A stretch of 64,000 nt of DNA from an uncultured Candidatus Saccharibacteria bacterium (lineage in GTDB: Bacteria; Patescibacteriota; Saccharimonadia; CAILAD01; BJGX01). The position numbers were made by a program, and so were the translations under genes. Each line of letters begins with the position of its first letter. Within the stretch, counting starts at the first letter, position 1. Of the stretch, positions 1-9,178 are shown in pieces. Below the pieces are notes generated by a model, which saw nothing but the letters and a program-made list of their open reading frames with translations, was not told the origin of the DNA and did not search any database. The DNA lies in assembly GCA_964552475.1 (NCBI GenBank), contig CAZKFZ010000004.1, forward strand, positions 22,283 through 86,282, given 5' to 3'.

Positions 1-897
1 CGGGCCAGGATCGAATATTTTTATTAAAATACCAATTACCAACATAAAAGGGAGTGCAATAATTAGGCTTGTAATAGATAGTACAAGATCTAATAGTCGC
101 TTGGCTATTCTTCCCCAGCCTTCAAGTGGTGTTGATATTATCTCCATAACTGGTATATTCTTTATCCTGTTCATCCTCATCGGCACATCATACATCTGGG
201 CAACAGTTGGTACTATATGAAATTGAATCTGATTTTGTCTACAAAAACCTGCACATTTAACAGTTATCTCTTTTGCTAAGCCCTCCTCTAGCAAGAAAAC
301 ATCATCAATAGAATATTTTTGCTGAAGTAAATTTAGTAGGCTTGGTTTTATGTCGTTTTTAACTGCAATATTCTTAACTACTCTGTATAATCTAAATTCA
401 TCTAGGAGATCTTTTTGAAAACCAATTCGTGATGGTCCATTGCCGATTATAAGTACATTATGTGTTCCTATACCCATGCGATAAAGAAAGTGTTGTAAAG
501 AGTACATTATAAACCTCGATGTAGTAACAAAAATAACAGCAAACACAAAACCATAAATTGGAATAGCTTTAGATGGAAATATTGGCTGTTGGGAGAAAAA
601 GTCTATTATTATTAGAACCATTACACCAACTGCTGACGCCATTAAAACCCGACTTGTTTCAGATAGCCTAGATCGAGTTGCCTTAAGATCGTATAGTCCT
701 GCGAAAGCATATATAACTATCCATAGCAGAAGGACCGGTAATATTACTATTAAAAATGACTTACCAGATACAAAATAGGCTAATGGTTTTGCTTGTTCGT
801 GACGAATAAGATAAGCTAAAGCAAAACCCGATACAATCATGAAATAGTCGATAGGTATCAGTAGAGCTCTAAACAATAACTCGCTTCTTTTTTTCAT
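1..897 (-). CDS. Polyprenyl glycosylphosphotransferase (bacterial sugar transferase family); the C-terminus runs off the left window edge
   Basis: Reverse-complement ORF starting at ATG 897..895 and open to position 1. Multi-TM N-terminal region; the C-terminal part reads ...RLLDLVLSITSLIIALPFMLVIGILIKIFDPGP, typical of the bacterial sugar transferase (WbaP/EpsL-like) domain. Absent from the ORF track, which lists only complete ORFs. Confidence 0.55.
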   Translation of the reverse strand, partial: MKKRSELLFRALLIPIDYFMIVSGFALAYLIRHEQAKPLAYFVSGKSFLIVILPVLLLWIVIYAFAGLYDLKATRSRLSETSRVLMASAVGVMVLIIIDFFSQQPIFPSKAIPIYGFVFAVIFVTTSRFIMYSLQHFLYRMGIGTHNVLIIGNGPSRIGFQKDLLDEFRLYRVVKNIAVKNDIKPSLLNLLQQKYSIDDVFLLEEGLAKEITVKCAGFCRQNQIQFHIVPTVAQMYDVPMRMNRIKNIPVMEIISTPLEGWGRIAKRLLDLVLSITSLIIALPFMLVIGILIKIFDPGP

Positions 898-963
898 ATT
901 TTTACTCTCATACTTATGCCTATTATATCAAAATACCCTCTATTCCAGAGGGTGTTTTGATAA

Positions 964-1338
964 TAAGTTAGCTATAAGCCGAATTTTGTCCTCCGTCTAT
1001 TGACGGATGTGTAATCATCTATCTTCCCTTGCGGGCGTCCGTCGATCGACGGATCATGCGATATACCCTTAAAGAGCGAGTAACTCTTCTGCCAAATAAG
1101 CAGATGGGCCCATAATCTTGCAGCCGGTAGGGTTTACCACCTTCTACAGTCACCCATAGAAGTTGCGAGCTCTTACCTCGCTCTTTTCACCCTTACCCCT
1201 CACTAATAGTGGCTAGGGGCGGTATAGTTTCTGTGGCACTTTCCCGAGAGTCACCTCTGGTTGCTGTTAACAACTACCGTACTCTAAGCTGTTCGGACTT
1301 TCCTACCGCCTAATGCCGGTTGATTACCCACTAACTTA
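964..1338 (-). ncRNA. rnpB: RNase P RNA (bacterial type A-like)
   Basis: The minus-strand reading contains the universally conserved P4 segment GGUAGGAAAGUCCGAACAGC. It also contains CCACAGAAACUAUACCGCC and GGGGUAAGGGUGAAAAGAGCGAGGUAAGAGCUCGC (compare E. coli M1 GGGUAAGGGUGAAAGGGUGCGGUAAGAGCGCACC). The 3' terminal segment is GGACAAAAUUCGGCUUAUAGCUAACUU (compare E. coli ACAGAACCCGGCUUAUCGG). A P1 helix forms between 5' AAGUUAG and 3' CUAACUU. The region is GC-rich relative to its flanks and contains no ORF. Confidence 0.75.
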
Positions 1339-1372
1339 TCAGTAATAATATAGCACTTTTTTACTAAAATGT

Positions 1373-1783
1373 CTATAGAGTTTGGTTATCTAAGCAAATA
1401 TTTACCTGTTCGTCAGCAAGTTTATTATCTTCCCTATAAACATGTGTAAAGCTAATATTTAAGTTGTTAATTAAAGAAATAATCTCTTTATAAATAGGCT
1501 TAATATTGGCATTCTTAACTTTATAATCACCATTTAGCTGCTTAACTACCAACATACTGTCTAGATAAAACTCAATTTTAAAGTCTTTATATGGCTCAAT
1601 GTGTTTTAAAGCTAGTATTACCGCCATATATTCAGCGAAATTATTAGTCTGAATACCAAGGAATTCGTTATACTCTGCTAATACCTCATCCTCTGATGAT
1701 ACAAATACAACACCGGCCGCAGCTGGACCAGGATTGCCCCTAGATCCACCATCACAGAATATTTTTATCGTCTTATTAACCAT
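1373..1783 (-). CDS. rnhA: Ribonuclease HI
   Basis: 136 aa with the CDGGSRGNPGPAAAGVV motif and conserved D/E residues of the RNase H fold. Confidence 0.85.
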   Translation of the reverse strand: MVNKTIKIFCDGGSRGNPGPAAAGVVFVSSEDEVLAEYNEFLGIQTNNFAEYMAVILALKHIEPYKDFKIEFYLDSMLVVKQLNGDYKVKNANIKPIYKEIISLINNLNISFTHVYREDNKLADEQVNICLDNQTL

Positions 1784-2550
1784 ATGGCTATTATACCTAA
1801 TCCTAAAATAATTCTATACAATACAAATATCAACATTGAATGACTCTTAAGGTAGTCTAGTAACCATTTAATGACCAATAACCCCACAACAAACGTTACT
1901 ACTATGCCTAAAATGATATCTAAATTTGATATAGACTTAACAGGCTCTTTAACTAAACTAAGTGCTTTATATAGTCCTGCACCGAGAGATATAGGTGTGG
2001 CAAGCAAAAAACTAAATCTAGCAGCGTCTTCTCGCTTTAAACCTAGCCATAAACCTGCAGTAATTGTTATACCAGATCTAGAGGTACCGGGTATAAGAGC
2101 AACAGCCTGAGCAAAACCAATTATTACACTTTGTTTTAATGTAATTTTGTCAACAGATTCGTATAGTTTGGCAGTTTTATCGACATATAGTAGTAAAAAT
2201 CCAAACAATATCATACCGATTGCTAAAACAAGAGGGGCATAACTACTAGCATGTAAATAGTGTTCAATATATTTATCGCCAAAGTAACCAATAAATAGAG
2301 CTGGTAGGGTGGCTATTATTATGTATTTAATTAACTTGTCTTTTTTTATTAGCATCTGCCAAAATTCTTGACCAAAAAAGACCAGTAGGGCTAGGGCTGT
2401 GCCAATATGTAGTGCAGCGTCAAAGGCTAGGCCTGGATTAGTAAAATTAAAAACCCAAGGGACTAAAAGTAGGTGCGCCGATGACGATATGGGCAAAAAC
2501 TCTGTCACTGCCTGAACGATAGAAAGTATAATAACTACATAGATATTCAT
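1765..2550 (-). CDS. uppP: Undecaprenyl-diphosphate phosphatase
   Basis: 261-aa polytopic membrane protein with the EFLPISSSAHLLL and GTSRSGITI motifs diagnostic of BacA/UppP. Confidence 0.85.
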   Translation of the reverse strand: MNIYVVIILSIVQAVTEFLPISSSAHLLLVPWVFNFTNPGLAFDAALHIGTALALLVFFGQEFWQMLIKKDKLIKYIIIATLPALFIGYFGDKYIEHYLHASSYAPLVLAIGMILFGFLLLYVDKTAKLYESVDKITLKQSVIIGFAQAVALIPGTSRSGITITAGLWLGLKREDAARFSFLLATPISLGAGLYKALSLVKEPVKSISNLDIILGIVVTFVVGLLVIKWLLDYLKSHSMLIFVLYRIILGLGIIAIWLIRR

Positions 2551-2963
2551 TTTTTAGCGCTCAATACTTTAAGCTTAGATCTAATCTTGGTAGCTTCTTT
2601 AGATAAATCTTGGATGTTCACCCGGTGAGCTTTATTGTGATCTAGATCGGCAATGTCAAATAAAGACAATACATGAATGTGTACGTGTGGTACTTCAAAA
2701 CCAACGGCACTTAGACCAACTTTGGGTGGGTTATAGAGTGTTTTTATTACCTTTCCCACCTCTTGAGCTAAAAGCATCATCTCTTGCCAGGTTTCGCCTG
2801 GCAAATCTTGCCAATCGGCAATCGGTCCTTTAGATACTATAAGTACGTGGCCAGGATTGTGTGGTGCTATCGTAAGCATGGCAAAACATTCTCTACCCCT
2901 GTAGACTATCTCTCCAGGTATATCGCCATTCAAAATTTTTGTAAAAACTGTTTCTGACATCAC
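2547..2963 (-). CDS. HIT family (Hint-like) nucleotide hydrolase
   Basis: 138 aa with the histidine triad HVHIHVL. The start overlaps the uppP stop, so the two genes form an operon. Confidence 0.8.
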   Translation of the reverse strand: MMSETVFTKILNGDIPGEIVYRGRECFAMLTIAPHNPGHVLIVSKGPIADWQDLPGETWQEMMLLAQEVGKVIKTLYNPPKVGLSAVGFEVPHVHIHVLSLFDIADLDHNKAHRVNIQDLSKEATKIRSKLKVLSAKK

Positions 2964-2969
2964 CCTACT

Positions 2970-5411
2970 CTACACCTGCAGGTCACCAACATCAAGCACT
3001 ACTTGGGCGCCCTTCTGAACTTTGCCAGACAGTATTTGCTTGGCAACAGTATTCTCTACCATTCTCTGTACTGCCCTTCTCATTGGTCTAGCACCTAGCC
3101 TAGGATCATAACCAACATCAACCAGATGTGCGTAAGCAGCCTCAGTGAGCTGTACGGAAATTTTTTGCGCAGAGAGTTCTTTATTTACTCCTTTTATCAT
3201 TAAGTACGCAACTTGTAAAAGTTCTTGCTTATTAAGGGGTCTAAACAGCACTAGCTCGTCAAAGCGATTAATAAGCTCTGGTTTGAATAGGTGTTGATTA
3301 ATGATATTGTCGGTGAATTCTTGCTCAAACTGTTCTAAAGATTGACCAGCCTCTATGTGAGACCTAATCTCATCTGAGCCAGCATTTGATGTACAAATAA
3401 CTATTGCTTCTTTAAATGAAACTTTTTTACCACTCTCATCGGTGAGTACGCCTTCGTCTAATAATTGTAGAAGTAAATTCAATATATCTGGGTTGGCTTT
3501 TTCTATCTCGTCGAATAACACCACTGAAAAAGGTTTTTGTGTTATAGCTTCAAGCAGTGGACTACCAGCTTCATCCTCTGAGCTAGCCGATAAGAATCTG
3601 TGAACATCTTCGGTGGTCTGATACTCACTCATATCTAAACGGATCATATCACCTTCTCCACCAAAATACACCGCTGCCAAAGACTTGGCTAGCTCAGTCT
3701 TACCAACACCTGTTGGCCCCAAGAATAAGAAACTTCCAACTGGTCTATTGGTGTTGCGCACACCAGCTCTTGAGCGTCTCAAGGCATCTGCTACTACCTT
3801 CACCGCTCTTTCCTGATTAATCATGCGTTGGTGTATAAGGTCTTCAAGTTGCAATAGTTGACCCTTCTCTTGATTATCACCTTCTTTTACCTTAGTATTA
3901 GCAATTATTTCAACCGCCTGCTGAACAGATTCAGGAGTAATAATACCGTTAACCGGATAGTTGCAACTGTCTTCTAATAAATCGATGGCTTTCGAGGGCA
4001 TACCTTTATCTTGTATGTACCTTTCTGCTAGCCTATAAGTCTCTTCAAGGGCTTTGAAGGTAATTGCTCTGCGATACTGGGCCTCAAAATTTATGGCTAT
4101 ATCTTGCAAAATAGCTATTGTTTGTGCCTGGTCGGCTTCCGCAACATCCACCCTAGCAAAAGTTTGACCCAAACTAGGATTACTAGAGGTAAGCTTGTGC
4201 CAGTCTTGATTATTCATAGATATAATACATTTGAGACCTGTTCGCTCTAATATTGGTAGGAGTATTTTAGAAATATTAACCGTACCTGGCTCATTACTGA
4301 AAAATAGCTGGGCTTCATCAAAAAACAGAATAATATTACCTGCCCTTACTGTGTTGATAAATATTTGTTCAAATATTTGTTCTATATGGGTATCTTCTGT
4401 TACCGATGCAGTAACAACCGTAGGGTCTATTTGAACAATTTGCTTGTATTGCAAGCTAGGGTCGGTCTCGCCTCTTATCATTTGCTCTGCCAGAGCATAA
4501 ACCAGGGCCGATTTACCAACCCCTACTTCACCTATTAAGGCAATGCTTCCTCTATTCGGTCTTGCTAGATTTGTCGACATTTGTTCGAGTACATGCCCCC
4601 TACTTACACCAGAGAAGTCTTGGTTGCCGTTTTGTATCTCTAAGCTAATATTGTGCCCATATTGGTCAAGTATAGGCGTAAATCCTGATGCCCAATCTCT
4701 ACCAATACCTCCAAACATATTGTTTTTCTTAGGTGTTAATTCTCTTTTCAAAAGTGACTCTTGCCATTGTAGGCCCTGAACAATATCCTCGGTGTCGAGA
4801 GCGAGTGTCGTAATATATTCAACTATTTTGGGTGTGCCAACAATAATAGCTGTGGCAATCACTCCAGCATTTACCTCTCGTACTGGCATTTGTTGTACAA
4901 GCTGTACGCACAGATGCCACATAGCCGCACTATCAGAGGGGCTTTGTGATATTCTGGAAACTATCTCAGCTTCACTGAGCTCATAGTGTAATAGCAAAAA
5001 CCTTAACTCCCAATTCTTATTAATGCTCTCCCAAACTTGCTTGGGCGACATTGTTTCATTGATACTTGCAACAATATCACTCGCTAGCACCTTATCTAGA
5101 GCAAGTGGGCCTTCTGTGGCCGACATAACGGCCGGAATGTCGGCTAGATCCCAACTCAGCCAAAAACTAAAGCATATTAAGCCAGTAGCTAATCCAATAA
5201 GCATATAGCCCGGATGTATACCGATAAACACCAAGGCAACTCCGCCAGCTATTAATACAATAGCTAGAAAAGTGCTAATCTTGGCTGTAGAGTGAGGAAA
5301 ATGATTTACAAACTTCGCTTTTCGCACCCTTATTGTCGTTGAATATGTTATATCGCTCATGAGAAACCTAAAATAAAGAAGCCTACTATACCAAATGGCA
5401 AGAAAGGCCAA
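2970..5411 (-). CDS. Clp-family AAA+ ATPase (ClpC/ClpB-like) with an N-terminal transmembrane anchor
   Basis: 813 aa. Two Walker A sites are present (GEVGVGKSALV and GPTGVGKTELAKSLA), followed by a C-terminal D2 small domain. The first 100 aa or so carry two predicted TM helices before the Clp-N-like repeats. Confidence 0.8.
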   Translation of the reverse strand: MAFLAIWYSRLLYFRFLMSDITYSTTIRVRKAKFVNHFPHSTAKISTFLAIVLIAGGVALVFIGIHPGYMLIGLATGLICFSFWLSWDLADIPAVMSATEGPLALDKVLASDIVASINETMSPKQVWESINKNWELRFLLLHYELSEAEIVSRISQSPSDSAAMWHLCVQLVQQMPVREVNAGVIATAIIVGTPKIVEYITTLALDTEDIVQGLQWQESLLKRELTPKKNNMFGGIGRDWASGFTPILDQYGHNISLEIQNGNQDFSGVSRGHVLEQMSTNLARPNRGSIALIGEVGVGKSALVYALAEQMIRGETDPSLQYKQIVQIDPTVVTASVTEDTHIEQIFEQIFINTVRAGNIILFFDEAQLFFSNEPGTVNISKILLPILERTGLKCIISMNNQDWHKLTSSNPSLGQTFARVDVAEADQAQTIAILQDIAINFEAQYRRAITFKALEETYRLAERYIQDKGMPSKAIDLLEDSCNYPVNGIITPESVQQAVEIIANTKVKEGDNQEKGQLLQLEDLIHQRMINQERAVKVVADALRRSRAGVRNTNRPVGSFLFLGPTGVGKTELAKSLAAVYFGGEGDMIRLDMSEYQTTEDVHRFLSASSEDEAGSPLLEAITQKPFSVVLFDEIEKANPDILNLLLQLLDEGVLTDESGKKVSFKEAIVICTSNAGSDEIRSHIEAGQSLEQFEQEFTDNIINQHLFKPELINRFDELVLFRPLNKQELLQVAYLMIKGVNKELSAQKISVQLTEAAYAHLVDVGYDPRLGARPMRRAVQRMVENTVAKQILSGKVQKGAQVVLDVGDLQV

Positions 5412-5716
5412 ATTATCAAAATTACTAGACTTACAACGAGCATAGCTATCATTGAGACAAGTCCGGCGACAATAGTGAATATTCTGATAGTAAAGCCCAC
5501 AAACCTAGATACTAAGTTGTCTACTATAGCCCTAAAGAAATTCTGTATTCCTTTACCAGCATCTGTTTGAATTCTTTTCCAGGGAGCGAAAAGTGTTTTC
5601 AACAAAATTGGTATAGAAAACATATACCATATAGCCTTAAGACGCGCTTGGAGAGTTGAGGCTAATCGAGCAAAACCTCGAGTATACCACCAGGAGAAAA
5701 ACTCAATAATAAGCAT
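5357..5716 (-). CDS. Small polytopic membrane protein (hypothetical)
   Basis: 119 aa with three hydrophobic helices. Its 3' end overlaps the Clp ATPase start by 55 nt. No recognisable family. Confidence 0.35.
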   Translation of the reverse strand: MLIIEFFSWWYTRGFARLASTLQARLKAIWYMFSIPILLKTLFAPWKRIQTDAGKGIQNFFRAIVDNLVSRFVGFTIRIFTIVAGLVSMIAMLVVSLVILIIWPFLPFGIVGFFILGFS

Positions 5717-5905
5717 GTGTATATTGTAACAAACTTATGCTTATATTGGCTACCTAGATTCTAGATAGAAATATTATTTATTATAAAGGGCGACAGGTCA
5801 GCGCTCGAATGTTATTCAGGCTAACCTGCAATTTAGCAAACTAAATATGCAGTTTCAGGCTACTCTCTCCATATATAAAAAGACCCATACATGAGTCTTT
5901 TTATA

Positions 5906-5981
5906 TGGTCAGGGTGACAGGACTTGAACCTGCGACCTCACGGCCCCCAGCCGTACGCGCTACCAACTGCGCCACACCCTG
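5906..5981 (-). tRNA. tRNA-Pro (anticodon GGG)
   Basis: The reverse complement folds as a cloverleaf: acceptor CAGGGUG/CACCCUG, anticodon stem UACGG/CCGUG, loop CUGGGGG giving anticodon GGG, T-loop GGUUCAAGUCC, encoded CCA. A hairpin plus U-run terminator follows immediately at about 5875..5905. Confidence 0.85.
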
Positions 5982-6000
5982 ATACTTACCGATTTATCTC

Positions 6001-6423
6001 TTAACTATATTCCAGCGTATAAGGATCTCTCCGGTAAATAGCGTTGTCGAGGCGCCTACCAAGCTTGATAAAATGCGTGTGATGGTGATTGATAGTACGC
6101 ACTGGATTATTTGGCTCACGAAAAAATACATTGTAGCCCTGCTCTTCGTATTTTATGATTATATCGAGAAACTGCAACCTTTCGGGCTTGGATAAGTTCT
6201 CAAGAGTATCTACGTGTTTGATAGGTACCACCATCAGATGGTCAGTAACTTCGCACATCTCAAAGATATTATAACCAAACTTATTACGGACAATTACGAA
6301 GTAGTCATACTGTTCTACAATTTCTTCAAAATCCCATGCACAAAATACACACCCCTTATCTCTTGGGTTGTTTTTATAGTACTGATTCTTTGCAACTTCC
6401 CTCTTGGTAGATAAGTACATCAC
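6001..6423 (-). CDS. HIT-like protein with an N-terminal CxxC motif
   Basis: 140 aa. The C-terminal NHHHTHFIKL matches the HxHxHxx histidine-triad pattern and the N-terminus carries CVFCAW. It resembles GalT/Ap4A-phosphorylase-like HIT proteins but the function is unknown. Confidence 0.45.
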   Translation of the reverse strand: MMYLSTKREVAKNQYYKNNPRDKGCVFCAWDFEEIVEQYDYFVIVRNKFGYNIFEMCEVTDHLMVVPIKHVDTLENLSKPERLQFLDIIIKYEEQGYNVFFREPNNPVRTINHHHTHFIKLGRRLDNAIYRRDPYTLEYS

Positions 6424-6543
6424 ATGTATTATGACACACTATCTAATGCTATTTCAATCAATAGTATATAATAGGTATTTACATACCACTTATGCTGTGA
6501 CATACTTATTATGTAATTTTAGTGTGTATATATTTTATATTAT

Positions 6544-7080
6544 ATGGTAAAACCTAATAAAACTGCGCAGATATTGCGCTATATTTCTCGTAAAAAAATA
6601 TGTAGCCTTTTAGATATAACTTCAAGACAACAGTTGTTAGATGTTTTTGTAGATACCAATTCTACTACCCCAAAACGTAGGCTAATAGACGCCTTAAGCC
6701 TGCTTGCAAAAAAGGGCTATATTTCTGTAGGAACCGTAGATAATGACAAGATTTATAAAATAACCGAAAAAGGCTCGAGACACCTTAAACGCTTAGAAAT
6801 TCTTGAAATAGATATAAACAACTCGACATGGGATGGTCGGTGGTACATAGTAACTTTTGATATTCCTGAGAACAAAAAAGTCGTTCGTAATCAAATCATA
6901 CTCTGTCTTAAAAGGCACGACTTCTATAATTACACCAAGGGTATCTGGGTTTACCCACACAATCCTATCAAACTAGTTAATGAATTACGTGATCAGTACT
7001 CTATTCAAAAACAACTAAGGCTGATTGTTGCATATCATATAGATGGCGAACAACAATTAAAAAAGCATTTTCAGCTGTAG
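6544..7080 (+). CDS. PaaX-like winged-helix transcriptional regulator
   Basis: 178 aa with an N-terminal wHTH-like region and the WDGRWYIVTFDIPE...GIWVYP motif typical of the PaaX family. Divergent from the HIT-like gene. Confidence 0.45.
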   Translation: MVKPNKTAQILRYISRKKICSLLDITSRQQLLDVFVDTNSTTPKRRLIDALSLLAKKGYISVGTVDNDKIYKITEKGSRHLKRLEILEIDINNSTWDGRWYIVTFDIPENKKVVRNQIILCLKRHDFYNYTKGIWVYPHNPIKLVNELRDQYSIQKQLRLIVAYHIDGEQQLKKHFQL

Positions 7081-7281
7081 TTTAAAAGATGAATAGATAC
7101 TAAAAAACCCGCGATGCCGAAAAGTCTTTGCAAAATAACCTTTCCCGTCAAAATATACAGGTGGGTGCCCGCAACACAATGACAATTATCAGGGGTAATC
7201 TTAGGCTCCCTTAAAGTTATGCTTAATCAGAAAAAATTATTTAAGACCTATAAAATAGCTCGAGCATAGCAGGCTATAGAC

Positions 7282-7914
7282 TTATTGTAGCACAATAGGG
7301 TGCCCTAATATAACCGATGCTAGACCCGTAACTAAGCTTAATATAAATGGCCCAATAAACTTATAAAGTAGTAGAAGTATTACAAATATCATTAATATAC
7401 CATACCGCTCCATCTGATCCATTACATCTTGCATACTACTTGGCAACACAGCATATAACACCCTAGACCCGTCTAGGGGTGGTATAGGTATCATATTAAA
7501 CACAAAAAATGCTAAGTTAATTAGTACGAATTGCAACAAGAATATTCCAGCTATGCCACCTATGTCAAATAATCTAAGAAACAGACCTACAAATATTGCC
7601 ATAACCAAGTTACTTGCTGGCCCAGCAACTGCTACCAGAGCTGCTCCCCATTTACCATAACGCACCGCATAAGGGTTGAAAGGAACGGGTTTGGCAGCCC
7701 CAAATACTACTGGTGAACCAATAAGGATAAGTGCTACAGGCAGAAATAGGGTTGAAAAAGGATCAATATGAGCGATTGGGTTGAGAGTAAGTCTACCCTC
7801 TCTTTTTGCAGTCACGTCGCCCAGTAAATGCCCCGCCCAGGCATGGCAAAATTCATGCACCGTAAGAGCAATAATTACAATAACTAGATATAATCCAATT
7901 GCTGCTAAGTTCAT
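7282..7914 (-). CDS. Site-2 protease family (peptidase M50) zinc metalloprotease
   Basis: 210-aa polytopic membrane protein with the HEFCHAW HExxH motif inside a TM helix. Confidence 0.75.
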   Translation of the reverse strand: MNLAAIGLYLVIVIIALTVHEFCHAWAGHLLGDVTAKREGRLTLNPIAHIDPFSTLFLPVALILIGSPVVFGAAKPVPFNPYAVRYGKWGAALVAVAGPASNLVMAIFVGLFLRLFDIGGIAGIFLLQFVLINLAFFVFNMIPIPPLDGSRVLYAVLPSSMQDVMDQMERYGILMIFVILLLLYKFIGPFILSLVTGLASVILGHPIVLQ

Positions 7915-7961
7915 AGTCTTACTATCTTACCAAATATAAGCATAAACATAAAACAAGGTCT

Positions 7962-8795
7962 TTAGTAGAACTCACCCTTTTTATATGTCCCTAGCTCAAA
8001 GCACTCACAGTCTATTTTGCTTAACTCAGACATAGCTTTTATTGAATTGTCACTTTGAGAACCAACATCGATATCTATATAAAACTGATAATGCCATGCT
8101 TTGCCAATTATAGGTCGTGACTCTAGCTTTGAAAGATTTATGTTGTTTTTTGCAAACACTCCTAGCGCCTTATATAGCGAACCCGGTTTGTGATTGGTGC
8201 GCAATATTAAAGAGGTCTTCTCGGCATTTGAGTCTGCCTCTTTTTGTTTAGATATCACAATAAACCTAGTGTAGTTTTGTTTGTGAGACTCAATTTCTTC
8301 TGCCAACACCTCTAAGCCATAGTGTTTGGCAGATTCCTTACTACCAATCGCCACTACTTTAGCATCTGCTAGCATAGCCACTTTTTCTACGCTAGCTGCA
8401 GTATCGTGCTCTTCAACTCTCTCGGCAAAGTCTAGGTTTTTATCTAGCCAATCTTCACATTGCGCCAAGGCCGGTAGCTGGGAATGTATCTCGCTTATTT
8501 GTTTTAAATTCGTTCCTTTCAAGCCTATTAAACAGTGGTTGATTCTAAGATATACTTCGCCAACTATTAGGGTGTTTTTCTTCATTAACTGGGCGTATAC
8601 ATCGGCAATAGAGCCGAAAAGCGAGTTTTCAATAGCTACCAAGCCATAATCAGCTTCACCCGTAGCCACGTCTTTAAAAACCTCTTTAAAGGTATCTCTA
8701 TGTAAAACATTGGTTTTGTTATTGCCAAAATACTTTTGCCTGGCAATATCGTGAAAAGAATAGCTTTTACCTTGTATAGAAACGGTACTTTTCAT
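7962..8795 (-). CDS. pheA: Prephenate dehydratase
   Basis: 277 aa consisting of a PDT domain plus a C-terminal ACT domain with the ESRP motif (LESRPIIGKAWHYQFYIDI). Confidence 0.85.
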   Translation of the reverse strand: MKSTVSIQGKSYSFHDIARQKYFGNNKTNVLHRDTFKEVFKDVATGEADYGLVAIENSLFGSIADVYAQLMKKNTLIVGEVYLRINHCLIGLKGTNLKQISEIHSQLPALAQCEDWLDKNLDFAERVEEHDTAASVEKVAMLADAKVVAIGSKESAKHYGLEVLAEEIESHKQNYTRFIVISKQKEADSNAEKTSLILRTNHKPGSLYKALGVFAKNNINLSKLESRPIIGKAWHYQFYIDIDVGSQSDNSIKAMSELSKIDCECFELGTYKKGEFY

Positions 8796-8915
8796 AAGAT
8801 TGAAATTATACCAGAATACACTAATTCATACAAATTGACTGTACCTGAAACACTTACTGCACTCTTGCATTACTTGGTATGCTATGATAATATAACAAAG
8901 TTAATTTTAAAGATT

Positions 8916-9146
8916 ATGTCATACAAATGCGATATCACCGGCAAAGGTAAACAATTTGGTAACAACCGCTCACATTCTATGCGAGCAACCAAAAAAACCT
9001 GGAAACCCAATTTACAGAAAAAAACCCTGGTTATTGACGGCCAAAAGGTTAGATTAAAGCTAGCTACATCCACTATACGTACTCTTCGCAAGTACCAGAC
9101 ACAGATAGACAAAAAAGAACTTATTGCAACCAAAAAAGAAGCTTAA
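8916..9146 (+). CDS. rpmB: 50S ribosomal protein L28
   Basis: Internal Met of the 8736..9146 ORF. MSYKCDITGKGKQFGNNRSHSMRATKKTWKPNLQKK matches the L28 signature (CxxTGK...GNNRSHA). The upstream 60 codons of the listed ORF overlap pheA and are unlikely to be coding. Confidence 0.85.
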   Translation: MSYKCDITGKGKQFGNNRSHSMRATKKTWKPNLQKKTLVIDGQKVRLKLATSTIRTLRKYQTQIDKKELIATKKEA

Positions 9147-9161
9147 AAAAGCTTCTTTTTT
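9138..9161 (+). terminator. Rho-independent terminator after rpmB; also usable for the convergent minus-strand gene
   Basis: GAAGCUU-AAAA-AAGCUUC hairpin overlapping the rpmB stop codon, followed by UUUUUU and preceded by an A-run. Confidence 0.6.
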
Positions 9162-9178
9162 GATATTAATTACAAATA

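Noticed and set aside
1871-2110. Numerous 60-150-aa ORFs antisense to or embedded in long genes, for example 1871..2110, 4231..5208 (four ORFs), 8326..8649, 13467..13739, 14368..14556, 14902..15861, 17739..17948, 18975..19211, 20494..21204, 35034..36799, 37328..38146, 43044..44222, 45214..45540, 46000..46260, 48303..49372, 52054..54108 and 59337..61363
   Set aside because: Each lies wholly within a well-supported gene on the opposite strand or in another frame. They have biased low-complexity composition (Ser/Leu/Cys/Arg-rich) and no motifs, so they are treated as shadow ORFs.
8736-8915. N-terminal 60 codons of the 136-aa ORF containing rpmB
   Set aside because: They overlap the pheA coding region on the other strand, and the L28 homology begins at the internal Met at 8916.
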